DNA of 64,000 nucleotides from an uncultured delta proteobacterium (GCA_963806225.1 CAWDXG010000004.1:1664001-1728000); one strand, 5' to 3'; counted from the first letter of the stretch, positions 31,986 to 43,708 are shown. Numbers and translations: made by a program. The notes: generated from the letters alone by a model not told the origin.

Positions 31986-33801
31986 CCGTCCGCTAGCCGG
32001 TCCACAACGATGCGCGCCGCGCGGATCGGCTCCCCGAGGCCCTTGAGCTCGGCGGAGAATCGCTCGACAACATCGAGATCGCCGAGCCAGCCGCGCTCGA
32101 GCGCGTCATCGGCGGCCTTCTCGGTGAGCACGATCTCGCCCCCGTGGGCCACGCCCTGGAGGCGGGCAGCGAGGTTCACGCTCTGGCCGAAGTAGTCGAG
32201 GATGCCGTTCGCGGTCACGACGTAGCAGGGTCCGGCGTAGACGCCGATCTTGAGCTGGTTTCCGCTCGCGTCCGCGGCCTGCTTCCGGAACCCGGTGAAC
32301 GCCTCGTGCATCTGCACCGCGGCGGCGATCGCCGCGCGCTCTCGCGCGAACGCGGCCATCACGGCGTCGCCGATGGTCTTGACGATGGTGCCTTCGTGCT
32401 CCTCGACGATGCCGCGCAGGAGATCGAAATGATCCTGGACCACGTGGAAGGCCTTGGCGTCGCCCAGTGCGGTGTACAGGGCAGTCGAATTGGTCAGATC
32501 CGTGAACAACAGCGCAACGCGCGCCACGCTCAACGTCACGCCGGGCCTGAGCAGCTCACCGGCGAACTGCCGGCGGAAACGCGGCAGCGTGCTCAAGAGG
32601 TGCGCCGTCGCCGCCAGATCAGCGTAGTCCTGTCGTTCGAGCTTCACGTGCCGCTCGCTGCCGTCGTCTCTGCACGACGCGCACGACCGCGCCCGGGGCG
32701 AGCTCGACGGAACCGGGCGACAGCGTGTCGCCCAGGAGCTCGAGCTCCACGCTCCCGCTTCCAGCTTCGGTGACGTGCGCGCTCGCGACCGCTCCGCCCC
32801 TGACGAAGATGCGATACTGTCCGGGCTCCGCCGCCACAGCGAGCTCCGCCGCGCCGTCCGGCGGCAGGATCGCCTGTGCCACGACGTGAGGCGTTCGCCG
32901 CGGTCCGCCGATGCAGTACGGCCCCTCGTCGATTTGCCGGATGGAGCGCGCGGGTCGGAACGTCGCTTCCACCGCCCGGTCGAGCCCGAGGTCGAACTGG
33001 ATGTCGCACAGCTGGCAGTGCGCGCCCTCGGCCAGCTCCGCCAGCGATTGCCTGCGATCTGCCGCCGTGCGGCAGCTCGGACAGACGATGTCCCAACCCA
33101 GCTCGAGCAATCCCGCGCGGACGCCGAGCAGACAGGCTTCCAGCATCCGCCGCCGGTCCACCCCCCAGGCCTCCGCCAGCTCGAACGGGCGGATGCGGCC
33201 CACGTCCGTGTCCGCGCCCTTCTCCACCAGCAGCACCAGACGCCGTCCGCAGCTCGCGCTCGTCCTCGTCGTCCGCCTGCCCTTCGAGCGCACGCGCCGC
33301 GCGCTCGAGCGCAACGCGGTCGGGACGCGATTCCAGCGTCTCGATGTGCGCGCGCTTTCCCTGGGCGAGCGCGGCGTCCATCTGCGCGATCTCCCTCATC
33401 ATGCGTCGTGCCACGCCTCCGGCAGAGACGCGCACCAGCGGAGCCACCACCGCCGTACGCGGCTTGATCGCGATGCGTAACGTGACGCGGGTGCCCGCAT
33501 CTTCCGGGTCGAGCCGGATGGTCGTCTCCAGCTCCCGGGCGATCCCTCCGTGCATCACGCGCCGGACGCGGAAGAATCTGTTGGCCACCCACTCGAAAGG
33601 GCGCTCGTCGTACTCGATGGGGATGCCGCCGGCGACGCTGCGCACGCGGTAGCGGGCGGCGCTGTCGTCGCTCTGCTCCGTCAACCCGAGCCGGCCGAGC
33701 CCGACCGCACGATTCATGCGCTCGGTATCCGCCACGATGCTCCACATCGCCTCGGGCCGAGACCGGCACCTGAGCGTCTTCTCGACCACCACCACCGACA
33801 C
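31982..33801 (-). CDS. SRPBCC + Cys-rich (DUF5939-like) + class III adenylate/guanylate cyclase (frameshifted)
   Basis: WSIVADTERMNRAVG; CPSCR..CQLC..YCIGGP; LLFTDLTNSTALY, VKTIGDAVMAAF, DYFGQSVNLAARLQ. Confidence 0.85.
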
Positions 33802-33910
33802 CGGTCCCAGGCTACCACGCTCTGACCGCTGGGCCGGGCGCCATGCCCCACTCCGGCCGGCACGCCGGCGACCCTGGCGCGCCCTCCCTGCGCGGTGGTA
33901 GTCCAGGGCC

Positions 33911-35602
33911 ATGACGACTGGAATCGAGCGCGGCAGAAACGACCTCCTCGCTTGGGAGGAGAACAAGCCGAAGAACTTCTTCACCTCCGACGACAATCTC
34001 GGGCGCGTGCTCGAGCTCAGGCTCGGCAAGGAGCGCTACCAGGCGGAGAAGAAGCGCCTCGCTGAAGTCGGCGAGATGGTGGGCACGGAGCTCAGCGGGC
34101 TCATGCTCCAGACCAACCACGACGACAACCTGCCGCGGCTCGAGCGCTACGACGGCCTCGGCGTGCGCACGGAAGAGGTCGTTTTCCACCCGAGCTACCA
34201 CGAGGCGGGACGCCTCATCTGGCAGACGGGCGTGCTGGGCGACTACAAGGAGGCCGGCAACGAGACGCTGCAGATGGGCATCATGCACATGCTCGCGCAG
34301 CCGGGGGAAAACGGCCACAACTGTCCCCTCGCCTGCACCGCCGGCCTCATCAAGGTGCTGCAGCGCGTGGGCAACAAGCAGCAGCAGGACCGCTGGCTGC
34401 CCGGCCTGCTCGACACCGACTACGAAAAGCGCATCCATGCCTCGCAGTTCCTGACCGAGGTGCAGGGCGGCTCGGACGTGGGCGCCAACGCCGTCGTGGC
34501 GAAGAAGGACGGCGACGACTGGCGCATCCACGGCGAGAAGTGGTTCTGCTCGGTCATCGATGCGCAGCTGTTCCTGATGACGGCGCGCCCCGAGGACGCA
34601 CCCGGCGGCACGCGCGGGCTCGGTCTGTTCGTGGTGCCGCGCAACGTCGACGGCCAGGTGAACGAGTTCAACGTGCGGCGGCTGAAGCGCAAGCTCGGCA
34701 CGCGCGCCATGGCGTCGGCCGAGACGGACTTCGTCGGCGCCCGCGCCTACCAGGTGGGCGAGCTCGACCGTGGCTTCAAGAACGTGGTCGAGCACGTGCT
34801 CAACACCTCGCGCATCTTCAACGCCATCTGCTGCGCCGGAGCCATGCAGGGCGCGTACCGCGAGGCCGTGGGCTTCGCGCGCCACCGCACGGCTTTCGGA
34901 CAGGCCATCGGACGCTTCCCGCTCGTGCAGGAGGCGCTGGCTCTGCTGCGCGCAGAAACGCTCGGCGCGACGGCGTCCACGCTGCGCCTCGTCTCGCAGG
35001 CCGACCAGATGGCCCTCGGCAAGGGCGACGACGTGCTGGCCGGCGCCTGGCGCGTGGGCGTCAACGTGAACAAGTACTGGACCGCCGTCCGCAACACGCA
35101 GATGGTCCGCCAGGCCATCGAGGTGCTCGGCGGCAACGGCGTGATCGAGACGTTCACGCCGCTGGTGCAGCTCTTCCGCGACTCGATGGTGCTGGAGAGC
35201 TGGGAAGGCACGCACAACGTGCTCGTGCAGCAGGTGCTGCGCGACTCCGAGCGCTACGGCATCCACCGCGCGTTCATGTCCGAGCTGCGCGAGTCGGCCA
35301 AGCGCCTGACGCTGAAGGGCGACGACGTCAAGCTCCGCGATCGCATCCTCGGCGGCATCGACGTGCTCGAAGGCGGCTTCAACAAGCTCGCCGACGGCGT
35401 CGGCGACCAGCGCTTCGGCCGTCGCGTGGTCGACCAGGCCGCCGTCAGCCTCGAGCTCGTCGCCCTGCTCGAAGAGCTCGCCGCCTTCCCCGACGACGGC
35501 GCCAAGCGCGGCGCCATCCAGCTCATCGCCGACCAGCACCTCCGGGCCGAGCTCGCGCCGCCCGCGGACATTCCGCCGGGCCTCGTGCCCGCGTTCGACT
35601 GA
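33911..35602 (+). CDS. Acyl-CoA dehydrogenase (AidB-like subfamily)
   Basis: VVFHPSYH, CPLACT, LTEVQGGSDV, GEKWFCS, RLKRKLGTRAMASAE, LGGNG, WEGTHNV. Confidence 0.9.
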   Translation: MTTGIERGRNDLLAWEENKPKNFFTSDDNLGRVLELRLGKERYQAEKKRLAEVGEMVGTELSGLMLQTNHDDNLPRLERYDGLGVRTEEVVFHPSYHEAGRLIWQTGVLGDYKEAGNETLQMGIMHMLAQPGENGHNCPLACTAGLIKVLQRVGNKQQQDRWLPGLLDTDYEKRIHASQFLTEVQGGSDVGANAVVAKKDGDDWRIHGEKWFCSVIDAQLFLMTARPEDAPGGTRGLGLFVVPRNVDGQVNEFNVRRLKRKLGTRAMASAETDFVGARAYQVGELDRGFKNVVEHVLNTSRIFNAICCAGAMQGAYREAVGFARHRTAFGQAIGRFPLVQEALALLRAETLGATASTLRLVSQADQMALGKGDDVLAGAWRVGVNVNKYWTAVRNTQMVRQAIEVLGGNGVIETFTPLVQLFRDSMVLESWEGTHNVLVQQVLRDSERYGIHRAFMSELRESAKRLTLKGDDVKLRDRILGGIDVLEGGFNKLADGVGDQRFGRRVVDQAAVSLELVALLEELAAFPDDGAKRGAIQLIADQHLRAELAPPADIPPGLVPAFD

Positions 35603-35649
35603 GCGCGACGTCCGCGGCGCCGCGCCTGCCGCGCTGCACGGTTTCACCT

Positions 35650-35960
35650 CACGCGCCACGCGCGAGTCGTGGAGGCCACGCGCGCGTACGTTGTGTCCCC
35701 GGGGTCGGGTCACGCTCTCCACCGTGACGGTGTTCGAATGCTTGCGCGGCTATCGCGCTGCCATCCGGGCCGGTAAGCCGTTCGAGGAGCGGGAGCAGAG
35801 CTTCCGCCCGCTGGTCGCCGTGACCCGTGTGCTGCGCGTAGATGTGGACGTCGCTGAACGCGTGGCCGCGTTGTGGGCCCCGGCGGCGTTTGCCTTCTCG
35901 ACTGGACGGGCCAAACACGCGCCGCGCGCAAACCCCGCCGATCGCCACCTGCTCGCGTAG
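35650..35960 (+). pseudogene. Degraded PIN-domain (VapC-like) toxin fragment
   Basis: HARVVEATRAYV / GRVTLSTVTVFECLRGY..F..LV..TRVL.VD.DVAERVAALW..PADRHLLA resembles the VapC core; the N-terminal Asp motif and start are missing. Confidence 0.5.
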
Positions 35961-36133
35961 CGCACCTCTGCCTGGAGTTTCCAGGTGGCGCTGGAGGGTT
36001 TCCCAAAGATCGAGGGCGCGAACGCGCCGACGGACGGTTGACATCAAAGACCGGCAGAGCGCACTATCGATGTTGCCTCCCGTCTAGGGACGAGATTCGC
36101 TCGCCCGGGTGCGGAGACACGAAGGAGGCAACG

Positions 36134-39116
36134 GTGACTGGATACGGGATACGGTGGCTTGCAGTGCTGGCCCTGGTAAGTAGCACTGCTATGTGGAACT
36201 GTACGTCCGCCCCCCCCCCAACGGCGTGACGTGCCCGTTGGGGCAACGTCGCAGGCGATCTTTGGCGGCCACGATGACAGGCCCGAGACGCCGGGCAACG
36301 ATGACGTCGTCGCGCTTCCGGGCTGCACGGGATTCCTCTTCACGTCGGTCATCGGCATCGCGGCCGCGCACTGCGACTTGAAAGTTGGGCAGAAGGTACA
36401 CGTGGGGCTCAACGCCCCGGGCGGTACCGCCGGACCATCCCGGGCTGTACGACGGATCGTCGACGTCCAGAACTTCATCTCTCCCTCCATTGCCGTTGAC
36501 CCTCAAGCACCACCGAACGTCATCGCCCGGGACGTGGCGTTGTTCCGGTTCTGGCCGCCAATCACCGCGAACGCGTCCCCGAGGAAGCCGTCGCTCGAGA
36601 CGCCATCCCTGAACGACGAACTGCTGCCGTCGGCAGAGTTCGCTGGTGGAATGTCCGGCTACGGAGCCGACGGCATCGACTTCACGACGAACAAGTACGT
36701 CTTCCCAGATTATCGCCAGAGCTACATTTCAAACGATTTCAAGGTTGCTCGTTTGAGCGTAGGCAGCGGGCTGGCAGTGTGGATTCACACGGCACCTTTC
36801 ACGTCGGGGCCGAATGTCCTGCCGGGCGACTCCGGCGGCCCGCTCTTCACCCTTCCATCACCGTCTGACCACGACACCAGAAATGTGATCGGAGTCGACT
36901 CGCACGTATCTTATGGCGCACCGAACAACCCGTTCTGCGATGCGACGGGTAACCTCTTCTGCGGGCCTGACACCGTCAGCAGCCTGTGGGCAGATATCAC
37001 CGCCCCGACCATCAAGTCGTGGATTCTGCAGTACGTCGACCCCAACAGCACCGGCAGGTGGGAGGGAGAAACGGACTACCCCCGCACCCAATTCAAGAGC
37101 TTCTTCGACGATCCGGCCTGTCACGTCGGCGACGACGCCGACTGCGATTTCGTGAACGACTATCACGACAACTGCCCGGGCGACTACAACCCGGACCAGT
37201 ACAATTTCGACGACGGCAGTGCTGACCACTACCAGGCGCTCGACAACAGCGACCCGGGCGACGCCTGCGACCTCTGCTGGCGGGATCCCGGACCGATCGA
37301 CCAGCCCGACTGCAACAAGGACGCAGAGATCCTGAAGTGGTCGCAGTACCGCCAGAACCTTACCGAAAGCAACGTCGTCGGCAGTCCGACGGCACCGTAC
37401 GGTGCCGTCTCGCCACTCCTGGCCGCCAACCGCGATCACTACAAAGGAGATGAGTGCGACAACGTCGCGTGCACGAAAGTGGCGACCACGACGAGCAAGG
37501 TGCCCACAGGGATTGCCAAGCCCGGTCCTTTCTGCCAGGGCCTCGGCAAGAACTTCGAGTGTGGTTTCGGCTCCAACTCGCGCATCCAGCACGATGGCCG
37601 CATTGTTGCTCTGCTCAGTGGGGAAATGGGCGGAACCGGGTATCGCTATTGTCCCTGTGCAGGCCCGCTGGACAAGCACCCGGACCTGCGAAAGTACTGC
37701 CTCATGGGAGCGTCCGCGCCCTGCCCGTGGCATGCGACCGCTTTCAACTCCGCCGCTGTCCACAAGCTCAAGACGGTCAACCCATCCTTCACCGCACTGG
37801 GCACCACGACCGACCAAGGCACAACCGAAACGTTCACGTCCAGCCCCAAGCCGACGCCACCCAGTTTCAATTGGCAGTGGTGGCAAGATTACAACAGCAT
37901 TCAGGGGACTAGCATCAGTTTCCCGATCCCGTACGCCGCCGTCGGCTCCTTCAAGCTGGACGGGGTCATCTGGTCGAGTGTCCGCGACCGGCCCGCGCTT
38001 TCCCAAGACATCCAGGACTTGGAGAGCTACTGGCACGGCGTCCATCTGCGACTGAACGAAGGCGTCGCGCCCGACTACATCGCAACGATCGTGCCCTCGC
38101 AGTGGGTCTACCCGGGATGCCCCACCTGCCCGTGGGGCTTGCACCTGCCGTATCTCCTGGGCCCCGACCCCGCCTATCTACCGGGTCGCGTATTCGCGGG
38201 GCTACCCGGCGGCGGAATCGACATCACTTCTGCTGCAGATCCATACTTCGCGGAGCTGTTCGACGCAGTTGGCACCGATCCCGATCTGACCTTCGTGCCT
38301 GCGGTCGAGAATGGTGCCTACCTCGCCACGCTGGACGAGGACTTGCCGACCCTGGCAGCCCTGGACGCTAAGACGCTGCAGCCCCGCGGCTTCCTTACCG
38401 AGTCAGCGAGCGGCATGCTGACCGGCTACTCGACCGCACCTGTCGGGGAAGTGCCAGCGAGGCAGCCGGGCCAATCGACGTGTCTGGCCGCGCTCCGCAC
38501 GTCCAACGCGCCAACCGAGGTCCACGCCTCGCTCTCTGCGACCGAGAAGTCGATGTACCTCTTCACCGGATCGCCAGGTGTGCCGAGCGCGGTTCTCGAC
38601 TACGATATCGTCACTCATGAGTGCACAGAGCTCGTCGGTCCGCTCCCGCTCGACACCGAAGCGGGGGAGGATCCCGTAGGCCAGCCGCTAGGGCTCACCT
38701 ACAACGCCGTGCAAGGCTCGCTCTTTGCGGTCGATCGCGAAAACCGGGAGCGCCCAGCGCCGGTCCGCGTGCTCCGCATCGGCATGGATGGGAAAGTCGG
38801 GGTGCTGGCCAAGATCGCATCACCGTGGACGGGAAGGCTATTCCTGGCGACGGGGCAGGACGGGGAGCTTGTGGTCGCCTCCAACCACAAGCAGTCGAAG
38901 CATTTCCGCGTGATGCTCCTCGACGTGCGCGGGAAGATGCCACGCAGTGTTGCACGCTACACGGGTCACGGTTCGCTGGTTGCCGCGCCCATGCTCGACG
39001 AACGCGGGCTGTATCTGGCCCTCGCTGGCTCGCCAGGAAGGCCGCGCTTTGTCCAACTGGCGCGAGACAATCTACAGCACCCGAAGAAGTCGTCGCTGGC
39101 GTGGGTCTTTCGGTAA
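36134..39116 (+). CDS. Large secreted trypsin-family serine protease with thrombospondin type-3-like Ca-binding repeats (frameshift in a C10 tract)
   Basis: RBS AAGGAGG and GTG start; signal peptide, SQAIFGG, AAAHC, DVALF, GDSGGPL; DNCP..YNPDQ..D..GDACD. Confidence 0.8.
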
Positions 39117-39118
39117 CC

Positions 39119-40541
39119 ATGTCCCGGCGCGTGCTAGTCGCGCTTGCCTCGTTAGCGCTGCTCCCACTGGCAGCCTGCTCGGGTTGCGGCCAGGAACCTC
39201 GCGCGTTGAGCGAAGCCGGGACGGCGGGTCACGGCGGCAGCTCGGGCGCGGGCCCGGCGGACGCCGGCGGAAGTGCCGAAAACACCGGGGTCGGAGGGAG
39301 CGGCGGATTCTAGCGCTGGAGGCATTGGAGGCGACCCCTCCGACGCCGGTGGCGACGGCTGGGCCACGGATCCCACCGCGTGGAAGAATCCGCCCTGGAA
39401 TCCGCCGGGCTGCAATGTGCTGCGTGCCACGGACCTCGCCAAGGCGCTGCCGCACCTGGAATGGGTGCCCTGTCAAAACGGCATCAAGGGTTGCGTTTTG
39501 ATGGACACCTCTCAGCTCCCTGGGCCGGGATCCTACAGTCCGAACATGAAACTGGGCGCTCTGGCCGGAGTCTACCAATACGGGATGAGGACGATCTTCA
39601 CCGTCGGCGTGCCCTTCAGCCAGTATGACTGGGCGGAGGCAATGTACGAAGTCGGCAAGGGGCCGATCGCGGCATGGCGTGCGAAAAATACCGAACCGTG
39701 TTCCATGGGGCGCGCGTACTTGTGGAAAGGCGGCGTGCTGCAACAGACCAACCTGCCGGCTGACGGAGGCCTGGCAGAGTTGATTCAATACGGAACCGTC
39801 GATCAACTCGTGGCGGACACGGCGCCCCGCATCCGAATCGACGGCACGGTCACGGGGAATGCGCAGCTGGGCGTCCTGTCGGGCGAGCTAGGGGTGTCAC
39901 AAATGGCGCTCGAACTCGGCCCAGGCGGCAGCAGCGTCTACGTGTGGGACATGAGCTCCGGGAAGCCCGTCGCGACGCCCAAGCCCGCAGGAAGCTGGGA
40001 TGACTACAACATGACCGTGAAGGGGAGTGAGGTGCTGTTCGAGCGAGACGGGGATGTGTCGAAGGCGGGCATAGCGCTCCGTCATAGCGACGGGAGCGTG
40101 GTCATGCTGTACGAGAAGCCGGGGGTCTGGGTATCGTGGCTCGCCAGCGACGGCACCGACGTAGTCTGGCAGGAGCTGACGCAGTACGACGGCGGAAGTG
40201 GCAAGCTCGAGCTCTGGGCCAGCCCGTGGGCAGACGACCCGTCGTCGTTCAACCCACGCAAGGTGGCGTCACTGCCAGGAAGCTTCTTCGTCGTGGGCGG
40301 CTATTCGGGTGGTGGGTACTACCCATTCTACCTGGACGACGGTACAATCCGAGCCGTACGCTTGTCCGACGGCGCGCACATCGACGTTCCCGCCCCACCG
40401 GGGTATGGCTGGATCAATCCGTGGGGCGTCGTGAACGGCGAGATCTGGTGCCCGGTGCACATTCCCCGCAACGCGGGCCTGGGAGTGCCGCGCAGCATCG
40501 CCCGCATCCCGCTCGCATCGCTCGGAACGCCCACGCCGTGA
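39119..40541 (+). CDS. Lipoprotein, probable beta-propeller (frameshift near 39280)
   Basis: MSRRVLVALASLALLPLAAC lipobox, starting 2 nt after the protease stop; DGTDVVW-type beta-rich repeats. Confidence 0.65.
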
Positions 40542-41185
40542 AGCCCGCGGCGGCGCTGGGTACGCTCCTTCTGTGCGCAGCCGCGAGCGGAAAGGCCCGC
40601 GCCGAGGTCGCCGCGGGCGGCCCACATCGATTTGCGCCCGGGCGTACAGAGGTCGGCCTGCGACTGGGCGCGGCGCGACCGTTTTGTAGCTGCTCGCCTC
40701 GCTTCGGACCGGAGGTACGGCTCCAGCTCCTGGCAGCGGAATCCCGCATCTTCAAGCTCGGGGCTTCGGCTGGGTACGCCCGCTTCAGCTACGTGCGACC
40801 GGACGCCCCTGGACGCGACACCGCCACCACCACCAGCCTGCGCTTTGCCATGCGGCTGTACCCCGTGATGCGACGCCGTGCCGGCCTGTACTTCGACGTC
40901 GGCGTCGGGCTGGCCCACGCGACGATGAACGACGCCTCGACGAATACCGGGTACTCGACGGACAGTCCCACGCTGGGAGTTGGCGCGGGCATCCCGATCG
41001 TGATCGCCGCGTGGCTGCGACTCGCCCCCTACGCCGCAGCGCTGCTCCATACGTCCGGCGCGCAGAGCTGCAGCATCGCCACCGGCAGCGCGTCGACTGC
41101 GGGGTCGCACTGCCCCGGCCCGCGCCCGGCGCACAGCGGCTTCGTCGGTTTCGGGCTGGAAGCGACGGCACTGCTCGGGCTCTGA
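40538..41185 (+). CDS. Outer-membrane beta-barrel-like protein
   Basis: GTGA overlap, signal peptide, alternating amphipathic strands (LYFDVGVGLA, FVGFGLEA). Confidence 0.55.
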   Translation: MKPAAALGTLLLCAAASGKARAEVAAGGPHRFAPGRTEVGLRLGAARPFCSCSPRFGPEVRLQLLAAESRIFKLGASAGYARFSYVRPDAPGRDTATTTSLRFAMRLYPVMRRRAGLYFDVGVGLAHATMNDASTNTGYSTDSPTLGVGAGIPIVIAAWLRLAPYAAALLHTSGAQSCSIATGSASTAGSHCPGPRPAHSGFVGFGLEATALLGL

Positions 41186-41202
41186 CCAGGCGCTGCGCCG
41201 CT

Positions 41203-41508
41203 TCAGTACGGCGTCACGAGCGGCTTCTTCGTGAAGTTGCCCCAGAAGCGGCTGTACGACAGCGCGACGGTGTAGCCGCGCGCGGGGGCGACGTTGACCG
41301 GGTAGCGGCGCGTGCGCTTCAGCGCTCCGAGCTCGATGGTCGTGTCGACGAAGTGCTGACCGGGCAGCACCTCGACCGTGCGCTCGAAGCCTTCGCGGAA
41401 GCTGCCGTCGTAGATCGGCTGTCCGTTGACGCTGACCACGATGCGCACGTCGGTCAGGAAGAAGCCGGGCTTTTCGAACATCACCGTCAGCAGAACCGCG
41501 GAGCTCAT
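41203..41508 (-). CDS. Small hypothetical protein
   Basis: Clean 101-aa ORF with host-like codon usage (YDGSFREGF..YSRFWGNF). Confidence 0.65.
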   Translation of the reverse strand: MSSAVLLTVMFEKPGFFLTDVRIVVSVNGQPIYDGSFREGFERTVEVLPGQHFVDTTIELGALKRTRRYPVNVAPARGYTVALSYSRFWGNFTKKPLVTPY

Positions 41509-41666
41509 GACACCGCGTTGTACGCCAGACGCGTGCGGCGGGTTCCCCCTGAGCGCGCGCAGGCGCGGAGCGGCGAGCACGCGATTTGGGGGAACCCCGC
41601 GCCGGAGGCGCGGGCGCGATCGCGACGGACTCTGCGAGGGGGCAACGGCTGCGGACGGCGGCCGGC

Positions 41667-41870
41667 GCGGGCATTTTGGCCTTCAAGCCCGGGCTTGCTC
41701 GCAGAAATGCCCGTTTCGCGCGCATTTCACCGCTCCCGGATGAGCTTGCTCACCAAAATGACCGGATTCCGGGCATTTTGACCTCCAAGCCCGCGCTTGC
41801 TCACCAAAATGACCGTTTCGCGGGCATTTTGGCCTCCAAGCCCGGGCTTGGGCGCGGAAATGCCCGTTTC
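41667..41870. repeat. Four tandem 51-bp palindromic repeats (REP-like)
   Basis: Units start at 41667, 41718, 41769 and 41820; consensus GCGGGCATTTTGGCCTCCAAGCCCGGGCTTGCTCRCMRAAATGMCCGTTTC. Confidence 0.9.
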
Positions 41871-41971
41871 CAGGCCCCGCCGCGCCCCGCCGCGCCCCAC
41901 CGCGCCCCGCCGCGCGCCGCGCGCTCCCGCAGCGCGCGGCGCGCGGTTGATCCAGGATCCGCGCCTTCGCC

Positions 41972-43708
41972 ATGAAGGTCCGGGCCATTGCCACCACCGA
42001 CGAGCGCGCGAACGCGATCGGGACGGTCGAGCTCGAGTGCACGCCGCTCGGGCTGGTGATCGCGTATCTGGGCGTGGGCACGTTCAGCGAGGGGTACGCG
42101 CCCGGCGCGCTGACGATGGGCACGCGGGTGACGGTGCCGTGGTCGAAAGTGGACGAGGCTCGGCTCGAGGGCGAGCAACTCTTTCTGGCGCTGGACCCGG
42201 TACTGACTCCGCTCTCGCGCCTGACGCTGGTGAATTTCTCCACGGGGCAACACACACATCACCGTGAGCTGTATCGGCAGCGGCTGATCCTGCGACTCGG
42301 CATGCTGGCGCTCGCCGGGGTGGCGCTGCTGGTCGCTCTGCTCGGTCTGCCTCGCCTGGCGCCGCATGCGACGGCAGCCGCGGCGCTGGCTCTGGGTGGC
42401 GTGGCGGCGCTGTCGATCCTGGTGATCGGGCTGATGGCGGATCGCTACGTGGCGTTGGGCGGGCGCGACAGCGACGCGGCACGCGGCGCATTTTCCGGTG
42501 AGCTCGCCATGTACCTGCCGAACATGCAGCGGCAGGCGACTGCGCCGGAAAAGCCGCAGCCGAAGCTGCCGCCGCTGCCCGCGCTGGATCGCCTGCTGCC
42601 GCGCACCACGGCGGCGATCGTGATCACGTTGAGCTCGGGGATCCTGGGCGCCATCCTGACGGCGCGCTGGATCGTGAGCGGCGATCGCCGCGCCGAGCCG
42701 CCTCCGCGCATAGCAGCCAATGCGGCGCCAGAGCCGGAGCCCGCCGCCGCCGAACCGCAGGCTCCCGCTGCCGCGCCTGCGCCCGCGCCGAAGCACTCCG
42801 CGAAACCCGCGGCGCCCAGCGCACCGGCCGGCGACATGGCGGGCGTCGGCGCCGCGTGCAAGTGCGACCGCGCCGACTCGCTGCTCTGGGACCAGCCCAT
42901 CGCGAAGCTTTCCACGCTCCTGCTCGGCGAGCACCTGTCGCGGAAAGACAACAAGAAGCACCTGACCGTCGACGTCGCCGCGGTGAACAACAGCGACAAG
43001 GAGATGAGCGACGTGTCGTTCATGGTGCAGTTCTTCGACAAGGACCCGCCGCCGTCGAACAAGACGTATCCGTCCGGGCAGCGCGCGCTGTACTTCGCGG
43101 GGCCGCTCCAGCCGGGGCAGGCGATCAAATGGTCGGTGGAGGACCGCGGCAGCTCGTTCGCGCTCCAGAACACCAGCGGTATCGACGGCAGCATCGGGCC
43201 ACACGGCAAGGACGCCGCGCCGACGAACCTGCTGGCGGACCTCTTGAACGCGAACCACCGCCCGGTGCGACTGCACGGCGCGATGATGCTGGCGTATCTC
43301 GGCGACCCGCGCGCGAAGGCGGCGGTGCTCAAGCTGCGCGACGCCCTGCGCGAGAGCGAGGCGCCGTACCTGAAGCGCATCCTCGAGGCGGTCGGCGATG
43401 TGCGCGGCTGTCGGCTGCACGTGGGCAAGGCCGGCGCGACGCGCAGCGTGCGGGCGTGCATCTACAACACGACCGGCGAGGAAAAGAGCAACGTGGCGTT
43501 CAAGGTGCGCGCGCTCGACGGCGACGTGGACTACGAGAACCCGCTGGCGCGCCCGCCCATGGTACTCGCCGCGTCGACCTTCAAGCTCCCGGTGAAGCTC
43601 GCGCCGCACAGCGGCGTGGTCGCCAACGCGAAGATGAGCCTCCAGGGTGCCGGCCAGGAGCCGGCGGCCTACGAGATCATCGCCGACCGCTCCGATCTGC
43701 TGCGCTGA
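41972..43708 (+). CDS. Hypothetical membrane protein (3 TM plus extracytoplasmic domain)
   Basis: Long GC3-biased ORF with three hydrophobic segments and a Pro/Ala linker. Confidence 0.75.
   Translation: MKVRAIATTDERANAIGTVELECTPLGLVIAYLGVGTFSEGYAPGALTMGTRVTVPWSKVDEARLEGEQLFLALDPVLTPLSRLTLVNFSTGQHTHHRELYRQRLILRLGMLALAGVALLVALLGLPRLAPHATAAAALALGGVAALSILVIGLMADRYVALGGRDSDAARGAFSGELAMYLPNMQRQATAPEKPQPKLPPLPALDRLLPRTTAAIVITLSSGILGAILTARWIVSGDRRAEPPPRIAANAAPEPEPAAAEPQAPAAAPAPAPKHSAKPAAPSAPAGDMAGVGAACKCDRADSLLWDQPIAKLSTLLLGEHLSRKDNKKHLTVDVAAVNNSDKEMSDVSFMVQFFDKDPPPSNKTYPSGQRALYFAGPLQPGQAIKWSVEDRGSSFALQNTSGIDGSIGPHGKDAAPTNLLADLLNANHRPVRLHGAMMLAYLGDPRAKAAVLKLRDALRESEAPYLKRILEAVGDVRGCRLHVGKAGATRSVRACIYNTTGEEKSNVAFKVRALDGDVDYENPLARPPMVLAASTFKLPVKLAPHSGVVANAKMSLQGAGQEPAAYEIIADRSDLLR

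Noticed and set aside
41667..41870. CRISPR array
   Set aside because: The units are contiguous with no unique spacers, and no cas genes are present.
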